Shown here in pieces: positions 29,923 through 38,539 of a DNA stretch of 64,000 nucleotides. The number at the start of each line of letters is the position of its first letter. Positions within the stretch are counted from its first letter, which is position 1. Where the stretch lies: positions 34,278 to 98,277 of the forward strand of contig CALWLT010000039.1 of assembly GCA_944381615.1 (NCBI GenBank), in the 5' to 3' direction. A program made the translations under genes and the position numbers. Below the pieces are notes generated by a model. The model made no database searches. It worked only from the letters and a program-made list of their open reading frames with translations, and was not told where the DNA came from. The stretch is from an uncultured Lachnospiraceae bacterium (GTDB taxonomy: Bacteria > Bacillota > Clostridia > Lachnospirales > Lachnospiraceae).

Positions 29923-31452
29923 TTACATCTGCCCCCAGTAGCGCGCCTCAAAGCTGCGGAACGCGGCCGCCTCCGCCAGCTGTTCCCGGCCGATCGCCTC
30001 CGCTTCGTCCAGATCGGCGAGCGTGCGCGACACCTTAAGAAGCTTCATCCGCCCGCGCAGGCTCAGATTCTGATTCTGACAGATCGCGTCAAGCAGCTCC
30101 TCCTCTTTCGCTCCCAGCGCGCAGAATTCTTCAATTTGGCGTCGCCCCATGCGGCCGTTGCAGGAGATCCCCGTTTTCGCAAACCGCTCCCGCTGCCGCC
30201 GGACCGCCCTCTCGACGCGCCCGCGCATCACGGCGGAGCTCTCTCCCTTTTCCCGCAGGGATTCCTGCGTCAGATCCTGTCTGGGGACCTCCACGCCGAT
30301 GTCGATGCGATCCAGGAACGGGCCCGACACGCGGCTTAAATAACGGCGGATCTGCGCTGGCGTACAGCGGCAGCGGGCCATATCCGGATAAAACCCGCAT
30401 TTGCAGGGATTCATGGCGGCGACCACCAGCGCGTCGGCAGGAAAGACGAGTGCCCCGTTCATGCGCGAAACGGTAATGCTCCCCTCCTCCATGGGCTCGC
30501 GCAGCAGATCCAGCACCTGGGGATGAAATTCCGCCAGCTCGTCGAGAAACAGGATCCCCTGCGTCGCCAGAGAGACTTCCCCCGGTTTCGGGCCTTTTCC
30601 GCCTCCCGCCATCGCCTGCGGCGTCGTCCCGTGATGCGGGCTGCGAAAGGGCCTGCTCCGGATCAGCGGTTCCTTCTGCGTCAGAAGGCCGCAGATGCTG
30701 TACACGCCGGAAACCTGCAGACGTTCCTCCAGATCGAGCGGGGGAAGGATCGTGGGAAGCCGTCTGGCCGCCATGGTTTTTCCCGTCCCGGCCGGTCCGA
30801 TCAAAAGAAGGTTGTGGCGGCCGGCCGCCGCCGCCTCGCAGGCCCTGCGCACGGTGGGAAGCCCCGCCAGCTCGTCAAAATCCACCTCCGGATCCGGCAG
30901 GGGTTCCAGAGAAGCCTGCTGCGGGGAAAAAAATGCGCCACGGATCCGCTGCGGCTGCGCCAGCAGATCCGCCAGCTGCGCCAGATCCGCCACGCCGACG
31001 ATCTCCACCCCTTCTACGGCCGTTCCCTCCGCCGTATTTTCCGACGGAAGAAAGACGCGGCAAACGCCGGCTTCCCGGGCGGCATAGACGCGCGGCAGGA
31101 TGCCGGGCACCGGCCTGACGCTCCCATCCAGCCCCAGCTCGCCGATGTACGCCCAGTCCTTTTCTGCCTTTTTGGTCAGGCAGCCCAGGACCGCTGCGGC
31201 GATCGCCAGATCGAAGCCGGTCCCCTCCTTGCGCACGCCGGCCGGGGCCAGGTTGACGGTAATCCGCCGGGGCGGCAGGCGGAATCCGGCGTTTTTCATC
31301 GCCGTCCTCACCCGCTCCTGCGCCTCCTTTACCTCTCCGGCCAGATATCCGACCAGGATAAACGAGGGAAGGCCCTCGCTCACGTCCGCCTCCACCGATA
31401 CTGGGAAGCCCTCCACACCCCGGACGCCAAAACTGTTGACTTTAAAAAACAT
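29923..31452 (-). CDS. comM: YifB/ComM Mg-chelatase-like AAA+ ATPase
   Basis: V.ES.ERVR-like segment, ITVNLAPA..RKEG.GFDL, GPAGTGKTM, RPFRSPHH, GEVSLA..G.LFLDEL.EF, SGPFLDRIDI. Confidence 0.93.
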   Translation of the reverse strand: MFFKVNSFGVRGVEGFPVSVEADVSEGLPSFILVGYLAGEVKEAQERVRTAMKNAGFRLPPRRITVNLAPAGVRKEGTGFDLAIAAAVLGCLTKKAEKDWAYIGELGLDGSVRPVPGILPRVYAAREAGVCRVFLPSENTAEGTAVEGVEIVGVADLAQLADLLAQPQRIRGAFFSPQQASLEPLPDPEVDFDELAGLPTVRRACEAAAAGRHNLLLIGPAGTGKTMAARRLPTILPPLDLEERLQVSGVYSICGLLTQKEPLIRSRPFRSPHHGTTPQAMAGGGKGPKPGEVSLATQGILFLDELAEFHPQVLDLLREPMEEGSITVSRMNGALVFPADALVVAAMNPCKCGFYPDMARCRCTPAQIRRYLSRVSGPFLDRIDIGVEVPRQDLTQESLREKGESSAVMRGRVERAVRRQRERFAKTGISCNGRMGRRQIEEFCALGAKEEELLDAICQNQNLSLRGRMKLLKVSRTLADLDEAEAIGREQLAEAAAFRSFEARYWGQM

Positions 31453-31509
31453 CGAATCCTCCTCTCTTCCATAAAAAAGCAACCTTAAAACAGTCCGTAT
31501 AAATAAGCG

Positions 31510-31700
31510 GGAATGAATCAGCAGAACAGAAAAAACAGGAAGAAAAATCAAAAAAGAAACGTCAAAAACAAAAAAGAAACGTCAAAAAGATCCGTGAAAA
31601 TCCGGAAAGGCCAATCAAGATCAGAAAACGAAACGAAAATCAGAAACGATCTGTGAAGATCCGAAAACGTAACGAAAATCAGAAAAGAGAAAAACAGACG
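31510..31700. repeat. A-rich low-complexity region with short tandem repeats
   Basis: CAAAAAAGAAACGTCAAAAA twice (31549-31588), plus degenerate GATC..GAAAACG.AACGAAAATCAGAAA units. Confidence 0.8.
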
Positions 31701-31710
31701 CGCCCCCGCC

Positions 31711-31736
31711 TGGGAGGCGGCATAAGCCGCCTCCCA
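31711..31736 (-). terminator. Intrinsic terminator-like hairpin after the hypothetical gene
   Basis: TGGGAGGCGGC-ATAA-GCCGCCTCCCA, a perfect 11-bp stem; a T-rich tract follows about 15 nt downstream on the minus strand. Confidence 0.7.
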
Positions 31737-31768
31737 AAGCGCAGGCATCCGGCAGACAGCCGCCCGCT

Positions 31769-32596
31769 TTATCCCCGCGGGTAGCGGTAACGGCAGCGGA
31801 ACGTGCAGTCGGCACAGCGTTTTTTCCAGGCCGGGATCGGCGGCTCTCCCTTGATCGAGGAAAGGAGCGCGACCGCCGCTTCTTCTTCCTCGGGCGTGCC
31901 CTCCAGCACGAGGCTGACCGCCCCCTCGGAGCCGCCGATGCCGCCGGATCCGGCGTGCCAGGCATGAACGCCGGTCAGGAGAGAGAGCGCCGCGATCTCA
32001 TGGAGAATCACGCCGTTCGTAACCGTTACGTACCCGCAGCCGCGGCCGAACGTAAAGGAATATTCGCCGATCCCCTTCATGTGGCGCTGCGCCTCCGGCA
32101 CGGAAGCGACCAGTTTCTCCAGTCCCACGGGAATCAGGAAATGGACGCCCTGCGCGTATACCTTCGGCAGCATGCGCATGATATTACCGCCCGTCGGGTG
32201 GGCCAGGAAAAATCCGGCGTTTCCCTCCGCGTCCACCGCGTTCGCTCCCTTGACGTAGACGTCTCCCGGCCCCATCTGTCCGATGATCGCATCCAGCTCC
32301 TCATAATCGGAACATTCCGGGAAATGCTCCATCTGCCTGCCCTTCTGAATCCAGACCGAGCGCAGGCGGTCGTCCGGGCTCTGGCAGAGAACGCCCTCGG
32401 CCGTCACGCCGCAGGGGAAACGCGAAATGTCCAGTTTTTCGCCCAGAAGTTCCTCCACAAAATAACCGGTTGTCGTCCCGTTGGAAACCAGGATATTTCC
32501 CTCTGCAAATGCCTTCCTGACCAGCGGATGCGCCGCCGCCGCTTTTCCAATCAGCCGCTTGGACTCCGACGGAGTCAGCGATACCAGTACGCTCAT
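31769..32596 (-). CDS. Conserved hypothetical protein, predicted NagB/RpiA/CoA-transferase-like fold with C-terminal Cys cluster
   Basis: GGAGG RBS; SNGTTT, YVKGANAVD, GG, IPVGLEKLV resemble RpiA/DeoR-C/LUD-type motifs; ends CADCTFRC. Confidence 0.75.
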   Translation of the reverse strand: MSVLVSLTPSESKRLIGKAAAAHPLVRKAFAEGNILVSNGTTTGYFVEELLGEKLDISRFPCGVTAEGVLCQSPDDRLRSVWIQKGRQMEHFPECSDYEELDAIIGQMGPGDVYVKGANAVDAEGNAGFFLAHPTGGNIMRMLPKVYAQGVHFLIPVGLEKLVASVPEAQRHMKGIGEYSFTFGRGCGYVTVTNGVILHEIAALSLLTGVHAWHAGSGGIGGSEGAVSLVLEGTPEEEEAAVALLSSIKGEPPIPAWKKRCADCTFRCRYRYPRG

Positions 32597-32737
32597 CTCA
32601 ACCCCCTCCTCTCCCGGATCGGAAAGAAGGCGCGGCAAAAGAACGGAAAAATTCTTCTGCCACGCCCCCTTTTTCCGGCCTTACGGCCGCTTCTTATTTT
32701 CAATCATCTGCTTTTCAGAGCCGGGTGTCCGGAACCA

Positions 32738-35700
32738 TTATTCATTCCCGTAAAGCGTAACCAGCTTGGTCAGGTAATGATAGCGCTCCTTCGCCTCCGA
32801 CTCATTTCTCGCGGAGAGCTCGCTCGCGCGCTCCGGATTCTTCAGCGCCAGAGACGCATAGCGGACCTCGCCCTTTAAGAAGGACTGATAATCGCCGGTC
32901 GGAGCCTTGCTGTCCAGCGTGAACTTCTTCTCGGCAGCCGGATTGAAGCGGAAATTATGCCAGTATCCGCACTCTACCGCCAGCTTCTCCTCGGTCTGGG
33001 CCTTGTCCATGCCCTTCTTGATTCCGTGGTTGATGCAGGGCGCGTAGGCGATGATCAGGGACGGACCCGGATAGGCCTCCGCCTCCGCCAGCGCCTTGAC
33101 GGTCTGCGCATAGTCGGCGCCCATCGAAATCTGAGCGACGTAGACATAGCCGTAGCTCATGGCGATGGAAGCCAGATCCTTCTTCTTGGTATCCTTGCCG
33201 CCGGCCGCAAACTGAGCGACCGCGCCGGTCGGCGTCGCCTTGGAGGACTGTCCGCCGGTATTGGAATACACCTCGGTATCATATACCATGATGTTGATGT
33301 CCTTGCCGGAAGCAAGCACGTGATCCACGCCGCCGAAGCCGATATCGTAAGCCCAGCCGTCGCCGCCGAATACCCACTGCGACTTCTTGGCCAGGAAATC
33401 TTTATTCTTCACAATCTCTCTGCAGTCCGGGCAGTCGATGCCGTCCAGCGCCGCAACCAGCTTGTCCGTCGCGGAACCGTTCAGCGCGCCGATGCCGAAG
33501 GTATCCAGCCACTCCTTGCAGGCGGCCTTTACTTCCTCCGTAGCCTGCTCCGCGTTCATGACCTTCTCCACCTTTGCCTTCAGGCCGTCGCGGATCGCGT
33601 TCTGCGCCAGCAGCATACCGTAGCCGAACTCTGCGTTGTCCTCGAACAGGGAATTATCCCAGGCCGGGCCCTTGCCCTCTTTGTTGACCGTGTAGGGCGT
33701 GGACGGCGAGGAGTTGCCCCAGATGGAGGAGCAGCCGGTCGCGTTGGAGATGTACATCCGATCGCCGAACAGCTGCGTGATCAGCTTGGCGTACGGAGTC
33801 TCGCCGCAGCCCGCGCACGCGCCCGAGAACTCGAGTAACGGCTGCTTGAACTGGCTTCCCTTGACCGTCGTCTCTTTGAATTTATCGATCACATCCTGCT
33901 TAACCGGCAGCGTCTGGCCGTAATCGAAGCCCTTCTGCGCCTCCAGGTTCTGCTCCAGGCTGACCATGGTAAGCGCCTTCTCGCCCTTCTTGCCCGGGCA
34001 GACGTTCGCGCAGGAGCCGCAGCCCGTGCAGTCCAGAGCGGAGATCGTCATCGTAAATTTATACTGCGGCATACCGGTCATCGGAAGCGTCTTCGTTCCC
34101 TCCGGCGCGGCGGCCGCCTCCTCCTCCGTCATGGCGACGGGGCGGATAACCGCATGCGGACAAACATACGAGCAGAAGTTACACTGAATACAGTTATCCG
34201 GATTCCAGACCGGAACGTTCACGGCGATGCCGCGCTTCTCATAGGCGGCGGAGCCGGAAGGCGTCGTGCCGTCCACATAATCGACAAACGCGGAAACCGG
34301 AAGGTTGTTGCCCTCCTGCGCGTTGACCGCAGCCTGGACCGTGTTGACGAATTTCACGACGTCCGCTCTTCCCTCGGTCGCGTGCGTCATATCCAGGCCC
34401 TCGTCCTGCGCGTCCTTCCAGCTCTCCGGCACCTGAATCTCGACGACATGCTGCGCGCCGGCGTCGATGGCCGCCCAGTTCTTCTTGACCACGTCCTCGC
34501 CCTTGCGGCCGTAGGTCGCCTTGGCAGCCGCCTTCATCAGCTCGATGGCTCTCTCCTCCGGGATGATGTTGGCCAGCTTGAAGAACGCCGACTGAAGGAT
34601 GGTGTTGATCCGGGTCGGGCCCATGCCGGTCTCGATTCCCAGCTTCACGCCGTCGATCACATAGAATTTAATCTTGTGATCCGCGATAAATTTCTTAACC
34701 TGTCCCGGCAGATGATGCTCCAGCTCCTCCATGTTCCACGGGCAGTTGAGAAGGAACGTGCCGCCGTCCACCAGCTCCTGTACCATGTTGTACTTGCGGA
34801 TGTAGGCCGGATTGTGGCAGGCCACGAAATTCGCCTTGTGGATCAGGTACGTGGACTTGATCGGTCTGTGTCCGAAACGCAGGTGGGACATGGTTACGCC
34901 GCCGGATTTCTTGGAGTCGTAATCAAAATACGCCTGCGCGTACATATCGGTGTTGTCGCCGATGATCTTGATGGAGTTCTTGTTGGCGCCAACCGTACCG
35001 TCCGCGCCCAGGCCCCAGAACTTGCAGTTCACGGTGCCTTCCGGCGTCGTAACCAGCGGCTCGCCCAGATCCAGGGACAGGTTCGTCACATCGTCCACGA
35101 TGCCGATGGTAAAGTGGCGCTTCTGCGTATTGTCGAATACGGCGACGATCTGCGCCGGCGTGGTATCCTTGGAGCCAAGGCCGTAGCGTCCGGTATAGAT
35201 CGGGACCTGGTCAAACTTCGTCTCCTTGAGGGCGGCGACTACGTCCAGATAAAGCGGCTCGCCCAGGGAGCCCGGCTCCTTGGTGCGGTCAAGCACGGAA
35301 ATCTGCTTTACCGTATCCGGGATCGCGTCAACCAGCGCGGAGGCAACGAACGGGCGGTACAGGCGTACCTTTACCACGCCGACCTTGCGGCCCTGCGCCA
35401 TCAGGTAATCGATCGTCTCCTCGATCGTGTCGTTGACGGAACCCATGGCGATGATCACGTGCTCGGCATCCGGCGCGCCGTAATAGTTAAACAGCTTGTA
35501 ATCGGTGCCGATCTTCTCGTTGACCTTGTCCATGTACTCCTGTACGATCGCCGGAAGCGCCTCGTAGTACGGATTGCAGGCCTCTCTTACCTGGAAGAAG
35601 ATATCCGGGTTCTGCGCGGATCCTCTCTGGCAGGGATGGTTGGGATTGAGGGCATTCTTGCGGAACGCGTCAATGGCGTCCATGTCTGCCATCTCCTTCA

Positions 35701-36271
35701 GATCCTCGTAATCCCAGGTCTCAATTTTCTGAATCTCGTGAGAGGTGCGGAATCCGTCAAAGAAATTGATGAACGGAACCTTTCCCTTGATGGCCGCAAG
35801 ATGCGCAACCGGGGTCAGGTCCATCACTTCCTGCACGCTGGACTCGCAGAGCATCGCGCAGCCCGTCTGGCGGCAGGCGTAAATATCAGAATGGTCTCCA
35901 AAGATAGAAAGCGCATGGCTGGCCAGCGCGCGGGCGGATACGTTGAATACACCCGGGAGCTGCTCGCCCGCAATCTTGTAGAGATTCGGGATCATCAGCA
36001 GGAGTCCCTGGGACGCCGTATACGTCGTGGTCAGCGCGCCTGCAGCCAGAGAACCGTGTACCGCGCCCGCGGCGCCGGCTTCCGACTGCATCTCCGTAAT
36101 CTGAACCGTGTGGCCGAAAATATTCGTCCGGCCGTCGGTCGCCCACTCATCCGTGGCTTCCGCCATGGGGGAAGAAGGGGTAATCGGATAGATAGCGGCC
36201 ACGTCGGTAAACGCGTATGAAGCATGCGCGGCCGCGTGGTTTCCATCCATGGTTTTCATCTTTCTTGCCAT
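32738..36271 (-). CDS. nifJ: Pyruvate:ferredoxin (flavodoxin) oxidoreductase, homodimeric
   Basis: IYPITPSSPM, MQSEAGAAGAVHG, GLGADGTVGANKN, two CxxCxxCxxxCP clusters, GACAGCGETPY, GGDGWAYDIG, YAPCINHG. Confidence 0.99.
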   Translation of the reverse strand: MARKMKTMDGNHAAAHASYAFTDVAAIYPITPSSPMAEATDEWATDGRTNIFGHTVQITEMQSEAGAAGAVHGSLAAGALTTTYTASQGLLLMIPNLYKIAGEQLPGVFNVSARALASHALSIFGDHSDIYACRQTGCAMLCESSVQEVMDLTPVAHLAAIKGKVPFINFFDGFRTSHEIQKIETWDYEDLKEMADMDAIDAFRKNALNPNHPCQRGSAQNPDIFFQVREACNPYYEALPAIVQEYMDKVNEKIGTDYKLFNYYGAPDAEHVIIAMGSVNDTIEETIDYLMAQGRKVGVVKVRLYRPFVASALVDAIPDTVKQISVLDRTKEPGSLGEPLYLDVVAALKETKFDQVPIYTGRYGLGSKDTTPAQIVAVFDNTQKRHFTIGIVDDVTNLSLDLGEPLVTTPEGTVNCKFWGLGADGTVGANKNSIKIIGDNTDMYAQAYFDYDSKKSGGVTMSHLRFGHRPIKSTYLIHKANFVACHNPAYIRKYNMVQELVDGGTFLLNCPWNMEELEHHLPGQVKKFIADHKIKFYVIDGVKLGIETGMGPTRINTILQSAFFKLANIIPEERAIELMKAAAKATYGRKGEDVVKKNWAAIDAGAQHVVEIQVPESWKDAQDEGLDMTHATEGRADVVKFVNTVQAAVNAQEGNNLPVSAFVDYVDGTTPSGSAAYEKRGIAVNVPVWNPDNCIQCNFCSYVCPHAVIRPVAMTEEEAAAAPEGTKTLPMTGMPQYKFTMTISALDCTGCGSCANVCPGKKGEKALTMVSLEQNLEAQKGFDYGQTLPVKQDVIDKFKETTVKGSQFKQPLLEFSGACAGCGETPYAKLITQLFGDRMYISNATGCSSIWGNSSPSTPYTVNKEGKGPAWDNSLFEDNAEFGYGMLLAQNAIRDGLKAKVEKVMNAEQATEEVKAACKEWLDTFGIGALNGSATDKLVAALDGIDCPDCREIVKNKDFLAKKSQWVFGGDGWAYDIGFGGVDHVLASGKDINIMVYDTEVYSNTGGQSSKATPTGAVAQFAAGGKDTKKKDLASIAMSYGYVYVAQISMGADYAQTVKALAEAEAYPGPSLIIAYAPCINHGIKKGMDKAQTEEKLAVECGYWHNFRFNPAAEKKFTLDSKAPTGDYQSFLKGEVRYASLALKNPERASELSARNESEAKERYHYLTKLVTLYGNE

Positions 36272-36344
36272 AGTGAATTTTCCTCCTATCAAAAGTGAAG
36301 TGTGTCAGTAAACCCATTTCCTCTCGGAAATTTACCTGATTAAC

Positions 36345-36376
36345 ATTATATCAACTTTTTGTTAAAATGCAAACAA
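36345..36376 (-). promoter_or_regulatory. PFOR promoter with Rex-like operator over the -35
   Basis: TTGCAT-16 nt-TATAAT with TG; TTGTTAAAATGCAAACAA (36359-36376) has 2 mismatches to TTGTTAAnnnnTTAACAA. Confidence 0.7.
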
Positions 36377-36553
36377 TTTCGCCGGCCGCAGACGTACTAT
36401 TTTTAAAACATGGCCGACGGCCTTATGATTTTTTGAAGCGCAAAAGAAGGACCGCCGGCCACTTTCCGGCCCGGGTCCTTCTTCTGCAAACAGTATGGAT
36501 TTTTCACGCGAACGGTATGCTTTCTGAATCGGCACGGATTCGCCGATCCGGAC

Positions 36554-38380
36554 TCACATGCCCGGCCCCGCCGGTCCCTGCTCCACCATCGGATTGGCAG
36601 GGGCCTCGGTCTGCGGCTGCGTCTCTGCCAGGGCTTCCGTCTCCGGCATCTGCGTACCCGGTCCGGCTTCTGATCCGGCTCCCGGCTCGACTGCGGTCTC
36701 GCCGGTTCCGGAGGCGTTCTGGCTCTCCGTGATGGACGGGTCAAAGGCCGGGCCGATGGGCATACTCTCCGTCACGCCCGCGCTCTCTCCCGGCAGCGTC
36801 TCCGCCAGCGATTCGGAAGAACCCTCCGTCGTAATGACCGTCCCGGACGTGTTGCGCTTGATGGTCGCCGCCTTTCCGCGGTAGCTGCTGTTGTGGAAGA
36901 ATTCGCGCTCCACCTCTTCGTCATTCTTATAGGTAACGAGATACGTCGTCCAGCGGCTGCCCGGCGTGGCGGCCTTTACCTCGATCTCCTGATCCAGCGG
37001 GATCGTCATATCCTCCTCATAGACCGGCGCCGGCGGCTCCAGATCGCCGACCCGCTCCGACTCCATGCGGATCTTGACGCCGTCCTCCAGGACCTGTACG
37101 CCGTAGATGGAAAGCGTCAGCTTGCGGCTTCCGCTCTCAAAGCTCGCCCGGATGGCCACCGGGAAATCGGAGTTGTTGACAAACTTGAAATCCGGCCCGC
37201 CGTAGCTGACGGCCGCGTCCTCGCCCGGCGTCACATAGGAGGGCTCATAGCTGTGCGCATGGCGCTCCGTGCTCTTTAAGCCGGAGAAAATGACCGCGTT
37301 GTACAGCGTGGAAGATACCTGGCAGACGCCGCCGCCCGGCTCCTGTACGACCTCGCCGTTCAGATACGCCGTAGCCGGCTTGTAGCCCTTGGCCTCCGTC
37401 CGGGCCCCCGTCGCATCGTTAAAGGAAAATTCCTGGCCGGGGTTTACGATCATCCCGTTTAACGCCTCGCAGGCCAGGCGGATATTCTCATTGCGGTTGC
37501 TGTTGGAAGTCGTGGTCGTCGTGTAGGTCCCGATCGTCTTGTACATCTCCCGCAGATCGTCCGCCGAATATTCCGGCGATACCTCCTTGATCTGCGCGGC
37601 AATTACCGCGTCGTAATCCTTCTGCTGAATCGCCGCCACGATGTCCGCCGCCAGCTTCTCCTGATCGATCACGTGCCCGTTGCTGCCCGTCTCAAATTCA
37701 AACTTGCCCGTCTCTTTATTATAGCCGGAGATACCGCCGTTCTGCGCCACCATGTTCCAGTTGCCCGCGATCAGGGCGGCTTCCGCCATCGCGGCTTCCG
37801 TCATGTTGTCCGTGTTGACCGTGTACGACTCGCCCGGCTTCAGCTCGCTGGCATAGATCTCCTCCAGCAGCTCGTCCACCTTGGCCTCCATCAGATTGGA
37901 GACGTCCGCCTCCTTCTCATCGTAGGAAACCTTCATATTCCAGGCGTACTGCGAAAGGATCGCCTCTCGCGCCTCTTCCTGCGTCAGACCGTTGATGTTG
38001 ATCCCGTCCACCAGCACTTCCTGGGACGCATCCTGCGAAGCGGCCGTCTGCGATTCGCCCGTGCTCTCCTCTGCCGTCTGCGACGAGGCGCAGCCCCGCG
38101 CGATCAGCGCCGCAAACAGAATGACCACCAGCGCCGCGATCACGATCAGAAGGATCTGCGTGATATCAGGCCGCTGGCGCTTGCGCCGCCGGTTGTGGCG
38201 CGGCTGCTGATAAGAAGAACGCCCCGCCCCGCTTCTGGACGCCCCGCCTCTTCCCCGGGACACGGCGGTTTCCTGTCCCCGACTGCTGCGGCGGCTGCGG
38301 ACGCTCTCCGAGCGCCGGATCCCCGCGCTGTCTCTATCAAAACTTCTTCTCCCGGAAGAAGCAATACTGTAATCGTACAT
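36554..38380 (-). CDS. Membrane-anchored VanW-domain protein with probable G5 domain
   Basis: Arg/Ser-rich N-terminus, single TM, NR..NI.LA...LNG....PG.EFSFN..TG.RT...GY, GGGVCQVSSTLYNA, ERHAHS, YV.PGEDAAV; Pro/Glu/Thr-rich tail. Confidence 0.92.
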   Translation of the reverse strand: MYDYSIASSGRRSFDRDSAGIRRSESVRSRRSSRGQETAVSRGRGGASRSGAGRSSYQQPRHNRRRKRQRPDITQILLIVIAALVVILFAALIARGCASSQTAEESTGESQTAASQDASQEVLVDGININGLTQEEAREAILSQYAWNMKVSYDEKEADVSNLMEAKVDELLEEIYASELKPGESYTVNTDNMTEAAMAEAALIAGNWNMVAQNGGISGYNKETGKFEFETGSNGHVIDQEKLAADIVAAIQQKDYDAVIAAQIKEVSPEYSADDLREMYKTIGTYTTTTTSNSNRNENIRLACEALNGMIVNPGQEFSFNDATGARTEAKGYKPATAYLNGEVVQEPGGGVCQVSSTLYNAVIFSGLKSTERHAHSYEPSYVTPGEDAAVSYGGPDFKFVNNSDFPVAIRASFESGSRKLTLSIYGVQVLEDGVKIRMESERVGDLEPPAPVYEEDMTIPLDQEIEVKAATPGSRWTTYLVTYKNDEEVEREFFHNSSYRGKAATIKRNTSGTVITTEGSSESLAETLPGESAGVTESMPIGPAFDPSITESQNASGTGETAVEPGAGSEAGPGTQMPETEALAETQPQTEAPANPMVEQGPAGPGM

Positions 38381-38539
38381 ACCTGCTTATCCACCCATCT
38401 GAAAAAATAAACAATAATCTCTGCTACAGTATAGCACAATTTCACAAAAAGAAAAGAACTTATTTCTTAAATTTTTTTTGTTGACTTTTAACATAGAACG
38501 CGCTAGCGTTAAGAAAGAAACAACGGGAGGTATCTTACT

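Noticed and set aside
31513-31656. 47-aa Lys/Arg/Asn-rich plus-strand ORF, and the 66-aa Phe-rich minus-strand ORF 31548-31748
   Set aside because: Both are by-products of the A-rich repeat tract, with weak or no RBS. The minus ORF crosses a terminator hairpin.
31549-31700. Possible CRISPR array in the repeat tracts (also 52363-52486)
   Set aside because: Repeats are adjacent or degenerate with no unique spacers of constant length, and no cas genes are present.
34154-36220. 688-aa plus-strand ORF, and similar long ORFs at 9914-11686, 22957-24771, 14254-15570 and 44007-45269
   Set aside because: These are antisense shadows of well-conserved genes (PFOR, metQ/amidohydrolase, glnA, rarA, alaX). 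High GC3 codon bias suppresses stops on the opposite strand, and the products have no motifs.
36554-38380. Vancomycin-resistance locus suggested by the VanW name
   Set aside because: No vanA/B ligase, vanH, vanX or vanRS nearby. VanW domains are widespread cell-wall proteins.
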